From positions 1 through 8,785 of the IMG/VR virus record IMGVR_UViG_3300014026_000115: 8,785 bases of DNA; one strand, 5' to 3'. Of the stretch, positions 1 to 4,562 are shown in pieces. Under the pieces are notes generated by a model. That model was not told the origin of the DNA and did no database searches. It worked only from the letters and a program-made list of their open reading frames with translations. Position 1 is the first letter of the stretch; each line of letters opens with the position of its first letter. The stretch comes from a virus. The translations under genes were made by a program, and so were the position numbers.

Positions 1-467
1 GCTTGCGTCAGGCCGGCAAGCTTGCATAGATCGACCGAGCCTTCGGTGTGCCCCGTGCGGCTTAGTACGCCGCCTTTTTTAGCGATGAGCGGGAAAATAT
101 GCCCAGGGCGCACGAAATCCTCCGGCTTTGACATCGGATCGGCTGCCAGGCGGATCGTGACGTCGCGTTCGTAGGCGCTCACGCCCGTGGTCGTGTTTTT
201 GGCGTCTATGGTGACGGTAAACGCCGTCTCGTGGCAGGACGTGTTTTTATCCACCATCAAATTTAACTCAAGCCTCTTTGCAATCTCCTCGTTTAGCGCG
301 AGGCACAGCACGCCTTTTGCGTGAGTTATGGCGAAATTTACCTTTTGGGTGTCGCTAAAGGTCGCCGCAAATACGAGATCGCCCTCGTTTTCGCGATCCT
401 CGTCGTCGACCATGACGACCATTTTGCCGTTTTTGATGTCGTTTATGGCCTGCTCTACTCTATCCAT
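1..467 (-). CDS. ribB: 3,4-dihydroxy-2-butanone 4-phosphate synthase domain (RibB, or N-terminal part of RibBA). 5' part only; the gene runs off the left edge.
   Basis: Absent from the ORF track because it is open at the window edge. The reverse complement from the ATG (complement of 465-467) reads without stops: [156 protein letters not shown]. It carries DHBP-synthase signature blocks ([49 protein letters not shown]). An AAGGA Shine-Dalgarno (complement of 474-478) sits 6 nt before the ATG. Confidence 0.9.
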   Translation of the reverse strand, partial: MDRVEQAINDIKNGKMVVMVDDEDRENEGDLVFAATFSDTQKVNFAITHAKGVLCLALNEEIAKRLELNLMVDKNTSCHETAFTVTIDAKNTTTGVSAYERDVTIRLAADPMSKPEDFVRPGHIFPLIAKKGGVLSRTGHTEGSVDLCKLAGLTQ

Positions 468-496
468 TGTTATTCCTTGTTTAAAAATTTAAGATA

Positions 497-504
497 ATTA
501 TACA
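497..504 (-). promoter_or_regulatory. Candidate extended -10 promoter element (TGTATAAT) for ribB
   Basis: The complement of 497-504 reads TGTATAAT (TGn plus TATAAT). It lies about 30 nt upstream of the ribB ATG in an AT-rich stretch, consistent with a short-leader sigma70-type promoter. No experimental support. Confidence 0.4.
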
Positions 505-1166
505 TTTTTAGCTTTAAATTTAGGCTTTTACGCGGGCTTGGATTGAGATTTTACGGACTTTTAGACACGGCCAGACGCAGCACGTACGGAGTTTGGTTAA
601 ATTTAAACGAAGCAACCAGGCTTGTAAGTTTTTGTTTAATTTTTACGGATTTATCAAATTCGACCGATTTTGGGCATAACCCGCACCTTGAAAATGTTAA
701 GGTCAAATTTAGCGATAATAATATGCGTGAGGTAAATTTTGCGCGTCTTTATTTTGGTTAAATTTGCCAAACCTTTAAAAATACGCACGATAGGATTTAG
801 GCCGTTTTATGGCGACGACCAAATTTGATCAAACTCGCCGCCAACCGCATGCCGTTTTGGAGCAAATTTGCCGACCCAAAAGTGCAGACACGCCTGCTTG
901 ACGTTACGCGAGCAGTAAATCATCTTAACGTCCTGCCTCGTGCCTTGCCCGCACGGTTTTATCACCTATACTCAGACCGGCAACTACGGTTGCGATACCG
1001 ATACTTAAATCTGTTTTTTCGAACAACCGCAAACACTTTTAAATAGTCGATTTTCTAATTTAATAAATTTTGTATCCATCGAATTTAACTGCCGTCTTCT
1101 TGCGTTTTGTATTCTATTTGCATACAAATTTGCGACAAGGACGGAAGCATTTAAATTTGATAAATT

Positions 1167-1610
1167 TTACTGTTTTGGCTTGATTTGATATTTTGCACCG
1201 AGCCTTGCAAATTCTTTTGTAAAAAATGCGTTTAAATCTCGCAGGCTGTCGTCGTTCATTTGGATAAGTTTTAGGCGATTTTTCTTGTAAATTTTAATTT
1301 TTTTGCTTTTTCTTTTTAGGTATTGCGGCGTCTCAAGTCCCCAAAATTCGATATAAATTTCGCTTTGCGTAAGGTAAAAATCGCTAACGACGCGCTCTTT
1401 GGTCGGCGCTTTTTTCTCGTAGATAAAATCTATGCCGCGGTAAAACAGCCAATTTGCCACGATGAGCTCGGCACGGCTTTTTACCGTATCGCCGCTATCG
1501 CTCTTGTATCTAGTTTGCTTGATTTTTTGCTTTTTAAATAGCTTTAAAGCCAGCAAAATAATTACGATCAGCAGCAAAACGATTAAAATTTTTGGTACGT
1601 CAAAGCTCAT
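1167..1610 (-). CDS. Membrane-anchored hypothetical protein with a PD-(D/E)XK-like nuclease-fold motif pattern
   Basis: 147-aa ORF with an ATG start (complement of 1608-1610). It has an N-terminal hydrophobic helix (KILIVLLLIVIILLALKLF). This is followed by SRAELIVANWLFYRGIDFIYEK ... VVSDFYL ... IYIEFWG ... YLKRKSKKIKIY ... LIQMNDD. This is the S-x-x-E / D-F / E-x-x-G pattern that I recognise from nuclease-like N-terminal domains of some UvrD/helicase IV-type proteins. The function is inferred from motifs only. GC is lower than in ribB (hand counts 23/60 for line 1201-1260 and 17/60 for line 1501-1560). Confidence 0.7.
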   Translation of the reverse strand: MSFDVPKILIVLLLIVIILLALKLFKKQKIKQTRYKSDSGDTVKSRAELIVANWLFYRGIDFIYEKKAPTKERVVSDFYLTQSEIYIEFWGLETPQYLKRKSKKIKIYKKNRLKLIQMNDDSLRDLNAFFTKEFARLGAKYQIKPKQ

Positions 1611-1670
1611 AAATAATTTTCTTTAGTGCGAAATTTGATTCTTCGGAGTAAATGAAGGAAAAACTAGATT

Positions 1671-1715
1671 TGGTTGCGGAGGACGGACTTGAACCGCCGA
1701 CCTTCGGGTTATGAG
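1671..1715 (-). tRNA. Truncated 3' fragment (anticodon loop to CCA) of an initiator-type tRNA-Met(CAU). Not a functional gene; a candidate att core.
   Basis: The complement reads CTCATAA-CCCGA-AGGTC-GGCGG-TTCAAGT-CCGTC-CTCCGCA-A-CCA. These segments are the anticodon loop with CAT, the 3' anticodon stem starting CCC, the variable loop, the T arm with TTCAAGT, the 3' acceptor strand, discriminator A, and CCA. The CCC at 39-41 and the GCAACCA end are initiator tRNA hallmarks. The 5 nt upstream in tRNA sense (TAATC) cannot pair with CCCGA. No D arm or 5' acceptor strand follows, so only the 3' 45 nt are present. Confidence 0.8.
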
Positions 1716-1740
1716 GATTATGCGCTGCAAAATCTTTTTT

Positions 1741-1768
1741 AAAACGTCCATTTTTTGGGCGTTTTTTT
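1741..1768. terminator. Candidate bidirectional rho-independent terminator at the att/prophage junction
   Basis: The stem ACGTCCA (1744-1750) pairs with TGGGCGT (1756-1762), 7 bp with one G-U on the plus strand, around a TTTTT loop. It is flanked by AAAA upstream (1741-1743 onward) and a T run (1762-1768). It lies 7 nt downstream of the stop of the minus-strand 98-aa ORF. On the minus strand the stem has one C-A mismatch and is followed by TTTTAAAAAA. Confidence 0.45.
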
Positions 1769-1774
1769 GTTATT

Positions 1775-2071
1775 TTAATCAAAAAAAGCTCTGTGTTTTA
1801 TTTTTTCTCCTGTTGTTTTTTCAATGTGTTCCTCTAGTTCATAAAATCTTAATTCTAAATTTTTTATTTTTCTTTCTGCTTCTTTTGCTAAGGTATAGCT
1901 TCTAAAAATATAATATATCATTGCGATCGTTATTATAATGCTTATTACTGCTTCTGCTGTTCCCATGTAATACATTTGTGTTGCTCCTTTTGCCATTGCT
2001 TGATTAAATTCCTGCATACCTTTTGCTGATTCTTCCATTATCTTGCCCATATTTTTAATATATTCGTCCAC
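1775..2071 (-). CDS. Hypothetical single-pass membrane protein (third gene of the AT-rich cassette)
   Basis: 98-codon ORF. The track start is GTG (complement of 2069-2071), 11 nt after the upstream stop and preceded by a purine-rich AAGAAG. Alternative in-frame ATGs are at 2050 and 2038. It has a central hydrophobic helix (AEAVISIIITIAMIYYIF) followed by a charged helix (KEAERKIKNLELRFYELEEHIEK). I recognise no family. Confidence 0.6.
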   Translation of the reverse strand: MDEYIKNMGKIMEESAKGMQEFNQAMAKGATQMYYMGTAEAVISIIITIAMIYYIFRSYTLAKEAERKIKNLELRFYELEEHIEKTTGEKIKHRAFFD

Positions 2072-2082
2072 GTTCTTCTTTT

Positions 2083-2565
2083 TTAGTTTATTTTAATCGC
2101 TTTTTTTGCTCTTTCTCTTTCTCTCCGTTGAATTTCTTTTTTGTCTAAAATTTCACACATATATACATCTCTTTCCCTGTTTATTACATTTACTAAATAG
2201 CAATTTCTATTTTCTTTTAAATTTATTTTTTCTTTTATTTTTATATAGTCGTTTACAAGGCTACCGAATACAAAATTTGATAATTCCTTGTTTTCTGTTT
2301 GAAATTCAAAGTTTATATGCACTATCCCTTCTTTATCGTATTTCCAGTTTAGTTGTTTTTTGGCCTCTTTTTCTTTGGAAATATCATATATTGATCCATC
2401 TTGTTTGAAGTTAAAAACCCATTTGTTACCTACTCCAGATGCAAAAGAAAAAACTAAATCATCTACGCTTCTTATATACCATTTTCCTACTATATCAACA
2501 TCTTTTCCAAAATCTAAAGCTATTAATTTTATTCCTATTGATATTACTGTTACTATTTTTTTCAT
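2083..2565 (-). CDS. Hypothetical protein with an N-terminal hydrophobic segment (second gene of the AT-rich cassette)
   Basis: 160-aa ORF. Its ATG (complement of 2563-2565) overlaps the stop of the upstream HTH gene as ATGA, which suggests translational coupling. The N-terminus MKKIVTVISIGIKLIAL looks like a signal sequence or anchor. It is followed by a beta-rich region (IVGKWYIRSV, KWVFNFKQDGSIYDI, LNWKYDKEGIVHINFEF) reminiscent of lipocalin-like small barrels. The C-terminal tail is basic (RRERERAKKAIKIN). Confidence 0.7.
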   Translation of the reverse strand: MKKIVTVISIGIKLIALDFGKDVDIVGKWYIRSVDDLVFSFASGVGNKWVFNFKQDGSIYDISKEKEAKKQLNWKYDKEGIVHINFEFQTENKELSNFVFGSLVNDYIKIKEKINLKENRNCYLVNVINRERDVYMCEILDKKEIQRRERERAKKAIKIN

Positions 2566-2798
2566 TGACCTAGCTCTTTTTTTAATACAGTTATTTTTAT
2601 ATTTGATAAGTAAAATTCTTGTTCTTTTTCTGTAAGCTTTTCAAAATATTCTTTTAATTCGTCAAATTTAGAATTTTTTTCAATAGATTTATTAATATTT
2701 TCAACTATAAATTTGTATAGTACTGGTCGATTTTTTTCCCAATTATAAAGCGTTCTTAGCTCTATTTCTAGCAAATTTGCTATTTCTTTTTTTTCCAT
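2562..2798 (-). CDS. Small helix-turn-helix DNA-binding protein; candidate prophage repressor, regulator or excisionase-like protein
   Basis: 78-aa ORF with an ATG start. The N-terminal KKEIANLLEIELRTLYNWEKNRP matches the pattern of short phage HTH proteins (excisionase/MerR-like HTH with R-T-L-Y-x-W). It is divergently oriented from the plus-strand phage operon, as rstR is in CTXphi and the repressor is in Pf phages. It is the first gene of a coupled three-gene minus-strand unit. Confidence 0.75.
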   Translation of the reverse strand: MEKKEIANLLEIELRTLYNWEKNRPVLYKFIVENINKSIEKNSKFDELKEYFEKLTEKEQEFYLSNIKITVLKKELGQ

Positions 2799-2844
2799 AT
2801 TTTTAGAAATTCTTTCATTTTTTTATTTTGTATTAAGCTTATAT

Positions 2845-2890
2845 ATGAAATAATTTCATTGTTGAAATCTAATTTGTTGAAAGTATTTCA
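2845..2890. promoter_or_regulatory. Operator-like dyad and direct-repeat cluster in the divergent control region
   Basis: ATGAAATAATTTCAT (2845-2859) is a perfect 15-bp palindrome with core TGAAA-N3-TTTCA. A second TGAAA-N3-TTTCA dyad, TGAAAGTATTTCA, lies at 2878-2890, with centres about 32 bp apart. A third TGAAA half-site lies at 2863-2867. The 9-bp direct repeat TTGTTGAAA occurs at 2859-2867 and 2874-2882. Confidence 0.5.
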
Positions 2891-2950
2891 TATTTTTGGA
2901 TTATATCAAAAATTATGGAATTCCGCCCTGAATATGGCGCTAAACTATTT

Positions 2951-2998
2951 CCGCCGTGTTTTGGCATAGAGCACCTCCACGGCGGCGTTTATGCTCTA
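2951..2998 (+). promoter_or_regulatory. Two overlapping, mutually exclusive stem-loops in the leader of the phage plus-strand operon
   Basis: Hairpin A pairs CCGCCGTG (2951-2958) with CACGGCGG (2978-2985). Hairpin B pairs TAGAGCA (2967-2973) with TGCTCTA (2992-2998) and is followed by AAATTTATTTTTA. Each hairpin loop contains one arm of the other. TTCCGCC is directly repeated at 2921-2927 and 2949-2955. The local GC is far above that of the surrounding AT-rich spacer. Confidence 0.4.
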
Positions 2999-3021
2999 AA
3001 TTTATTTTTAAGAGGTGCATT

Positions 3022-3402
3022 ATGGAATTAGTTGACAAAGGTTACGAAGTAACTTATACACTTGTTAAGGGACTTATTAGAAGTTCCGCTTCCGGTAAAT
3101 TTGAGGGTAATGACTATTCCTCATCTGTCCGAATATCTACTGTAAACGTTTATGATGTCGAGAATAAAAAGACCGGCATTATAGATAGCGTTCAGCAACC
3201 CGTAGTATTTAAAATCGTTTGCCCTGATGATACTACAGCCGGGCTCGTTGGGAATGCTGTTCGCGAAAAGCTTAAAAAAGGCCCTATTACCTTACATGGC
3301 GGTTTCCCTGCTGGTGAACAACGCATTATAGCCGTAGCCGAGCCTTACGAATACTTCTTATTTGATTCAAAGCCAACCGATAAAGCTTCTAAGGGGGCTT
3401 AA
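3022..3402 (+). CDS. Hypothetical phage protein, paralog 1 of a tandem pair (gV position; candidate ssDNA-binding or replication-accessory protein)
   Basis: The start was moved from the track GTG at 2956 to the ATG at 3022. This ATG has an AAGAGG Shine-Dalgarno (3010-3015) with a 6-nt spacer, and the GTG extension would run through the leader hairpins. 126 aa. It shares with the next ORF the blocks (V/I)TY.L, F(K/R)I.CPDD(T/P)TA, G.FP.G and PYE.FL. Confidence 0.75.
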   Translation: MELVDKGYEVTYTLVKGLIRSSASGKFEGNDYSSSVRISTVNVYDVENKKTGIIDSVQQPVVFKIVCPDDTTAGLVGNAVREKLKKGPITLHGGFPAGEQRIIAVAEPYEYFLFDSKPTDKASKGA

Positions 3403-3403
3403 A

Positions 3404-3736
3404 ATGAGCTTTTCTATCACTTATAGGCTTAAATGCGGGGAAGTAAGGGTTGTTCCTTTTGGTGCTGTTTTTTGTGAGGATAATGCCGCTCACGTTGTTA
3501 TCAGTTGCTCGAATACTTATAAAAACGTAAGTGAAGGAGTTTTTTTAAGTCAGCATGTTGATTTTAGAATTCCTTGTCCCGATGATCCGACTGCTGCTCG
3601 CATTGCGGATATTATTAAAAAGAAATTTGACCTTGGCGAAGAGGTCGTTTTTTTAGGCACTTTCCCTAATGGTAACGGTTCTTCTATAGTTATTACCCCT
3701 TACGAGCATTTTTTACCCAAGGCGGTGGAAAAATGA
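3404..3736 (+). CDS. Hypothetical phage protein, paralog 2 of the tandem pair
   Basis: The ATG at 3404 lies 1 nt after the upstream TAA and is preceded by AAGGGGG (3391-3397). 110 aa. It aligns by eye with paralog 1. Paralog 1 reads VVFKIVCPDDTTAGLVGNAVREKLKKGPITLHGGFPAGEQRIIAVAEPYEYFL. Paralog 2 reads VDFRIPCPDDPTAARIADIIKKKFDLGEEVVFLGTFPNGNGSSIVITPYEHFL. The upstream 14 codons in the track are unlikely because they overlap the end of paralog 1. Confidence 0.75.
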   Translation: MSFSITYRLKCGEVRVVPFGAVFCEDNAAHVVISCSNTYKNVSEGVFLSQHVDFRIPCPDDPTAARIADIIKKKFDLGEEVVFLGTFPNGNGSSIVITPYEHFLPKAVEK

Positions 3737-3960
3737 AAAATCCTTACAATACTGACGAAATGGTCGAGATTGTAGAAAAGTGCTATACCGACTTTAAGGA
3801 GTTTAAGGAGCGTTTTTATCTCTTTGATAATGGCACTGGCAATTATGACACTCATTACGATAACGTGTCTGACGTAGATTTATCTATAAGAGATGCTATC
3901 AAACTTTTAAAGGCTCGTGGCTATAAGCTTAATATTGAGCTTGAGCCTGGTTTGTTTTAA
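3733..3960 (+). CDS. Small acidic hypothetical phage protein
   Basis: 75-aa ORF. Its ATG overlaps the upstream stop as ATGA (3733-3736), placing it in the same operon. It is acidic and helical-looking (DEMVEIVEKCYTDFKEFKERFY ... IRDAIKLLKARGYKL). I recognise no family. Confidence 0.65.
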   Translation: MKNPYNTDEMVEIVEKCYTDFKEFKERFYLFDNGTGNYDTHYDNVSDVDLSIRDAIKLLKARGYKLNIELEPGLF

Positions 3961-3963
3961 ATT

Positions 3964-3984
3964 TAGCCGAATTTATTTCGGCTA
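3964..3984 (+). terminator. Hairpin after the 75-aa ORF; weak candidate terminator or attenuator
   Basis: TAGCCGAA (3964-3971) pairs with TTCGGCTA (3977-3984) around a TTTAT loop, followed by CTTATTT. It begins 4 nt after the stop at 3960. The T tract is short, so it is at best a partial terminator. Confidence 0.3.
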
Positions 3985-4023
3985 CTTATTTAAGCGTTAT
4001 TCTTTAGCTCTTAAATAAGTAGC
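3981..4023. repeat. Perfect 14-bp inverted repeat (15-nt loop) immediately upstream of the major coat gene
   Basis: GCTACTTATTTAAG (3981-3994) and CTTAAATAAGTAGC (4010-4023) are exact reverse complements. The left arm overlaps the preceding hairpin by 4 nt. The right arm overlaps a small TAGC-TTGC-GCTA palindrome (4020-4031). Confidence 0.8.
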
Positions 4024-4056
4024 TTGCGCTACTAAATTTTCTTGAAAGGATGGGAA

Positions 4057-4284
4057 ATGTTTAAAAAACTTTTCTCTGGGCTAAAATCTGCGTTTTTAGC
4101 TCTTGGTTTGGGGTTAGGTGCGGTTAATGCTACTGCCGCTGATTTAACTATGGGCACAGATGGAACCGTTACAGGTACTATTAACCTAGCCAACGTTTAC
4201 GTTGTTGGTGCTGCCGTATTCGGTGCGCTTGCTGCTATCGCTGTTGTTTCAATAGCGTTCAGAATGATTCGCAAAGTCGGTTAA
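4057..4284 (+). CDS. Major coat protein precursor (pVIII-like)
   Basis: The start is set at the ATG at 4057, with an AAGGA Shine-Dalgarno at 4047-4051, rather than the track TTG at 4042. 75 aa. The signal peptide is MFKKLFSGLKSAFLALGLGLGAVNATA with an A-x-A cleavage motif. The predicted 48-aa mature peptide has an acidic N-terminus (ADLTMGTDG), a hydrophobic core (VYVVGAAVFGALAAIAVVSIAF) and a basic C-terminus (RMIRKVG). This is the canonical inovirus coat architecture, in the correct position before the pIII-like gene. Confidence 0.85.
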   Translation: MFKKLFSGLKSAFLALGLGLGAVNATAADLTMGTDGTVTGTINLANVYVVGAAVFGALAAIAVVSIAFRMIRKVG

Positions 4285-4308
4285 TCTGAATATTTCAAAG
4301 GCTCTAGT

Positions 4309-4443
4309 ATGTTTGAATTTATAGAGTTGGCTAAATTTTACAAGTTTTTGTTTTCTCTATACGTTCCTATGTTCGGAGCCTTTGTCGCTTATTTCGTGGT
4401 ATCTCTTGCGATTGATTTTTTTAGGAGATCGGCTAATGATTGA
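4309..4443 (+). CDS. Small hydrophobic protein (44 aa); candidate minor virion or assembly protein (pVII/pIX-like class)
   Basis: Not in the supplied track because it is too short. The ATG at 4309 is preceded by AAAGG (4297-4301). Translation: MFEFIELAKFYKFLFSLYVPMFGAFVAYFVVSLAIDFFRRSAND. It has one TM-like helix with a charged C-terminus, and its stop TGA is at 4441-4443. Confidence 0.5.
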   Translation: MFEFIELAKFYKFLFSLYVPMFGAFVAYFVVSLAIDFFRRSAND

Positions 4444-4552
4444 TCTCGGTCTTTCTCAAGAGCAATATAACTTTATGATGGCTCTATCGGGCGTTTTATT
4501 TGGCTTCCTCGTGAATTTGCTGTTTATTTTGCTCGTTCATAAATTTAGCTAA
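4436..4552 (+). CDS. Small hydrophobic protein (38 aa); candidate minor virion or assembly protein
   Basis: Not in the track. The ATG at 4436 has an AGGAGA Shine-Dalgarno (4423-4428) with a 7-nt spacer, and it overlaps the previous ORF by 8 nt. Translation: MIDLGLSQEQYNFMMALSGVLFGFLVNLLFILLVHKFS. It has one TM-like helix. Confidence 0.55.
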   Translation: MIDLGLSQEQYNFMMALSGVLFGFLVNLLFILLVHKFS

Positions 4553-4562
4553 GGTGCTTAAA

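Noticed and set aside
468-700. FMN (RFN) riboswitch upstream of ribB
   Set aside because: I read the minus-strand leader for the conserved RFN blocks (GGGCAGGGTGAAATTCCC / AGCCCGCGAGC / GACAGT-type) and found none. The candidate -10 lies only about 30 nt from the ATG, leaving no room for a riboswitch.
543-1046. Track ORFs 543-761 and 825-1046 as real genes
   Set aside because: Both start at TTG, lack a ribosome-binding site and have atypical composition (Arg/Leu-rich) with no recognisable motif. The region is treated as non-coding or decayed rather than annotated as CDS.
1080-1166. A terminator for the 147-aa minus-strand gene
   Set aside because: Only short, imperfect pairings are present (CCGTC/GACGG outer and TTGTAT/ATACAA inner), with no adjacent T tract on the minus strand. 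This is too weak to annotate.
1600-1782. 60-aa minus-strand ORF from the track
   Set aside because: It reads straight through the tRNA-fMet fragment (the KVGGSSPSSATKS segment is simply translated tRNA sequence) and through the terminator-like hairpin. It has no Shine-Dalgarno and overlaps the start of the 147-aa gene. It is spurious.
1323-2635. Plus-strand ORFs 1323-1541, 1711-1905, 2106-2408 and 2360-2635
   Set aside because: These are shadow frames opposite the much better minus-strand genes in very AT-rich DNA. Their products are Phe/Leu-rich low-complexity strings typical of antisense translation, and they lack credible starts or ribosome-binding sites.
2845-2890. The TGAAA/TTTCA dyads as a XerH/dif-type recombination site for phage integration
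   Set aside because: As I recall them, Epsilonproteobacterial dif sites have TGAAAA and TTTTCA inner arms separated by a 6-bp central region. Here the half-sites are separated by 3 bp, and they occur twice within a divergent promoter region. Repressor operators are the better explanation. I could not verify the dif consensus without a database.
2956-3021. Upstream alternative starts for phage ORFs: GTG 2956 for paralog 1, and likewise 3362 for paralog 2 and 4042 for the coat protein
   Set aside because: The extensions use non-ATG codons. They run through the leader hairpins or the preceding gene and give Arg-rich or odd N-termini. In each case a downstream ATG has a well-spaced Shine-Dalgarno.
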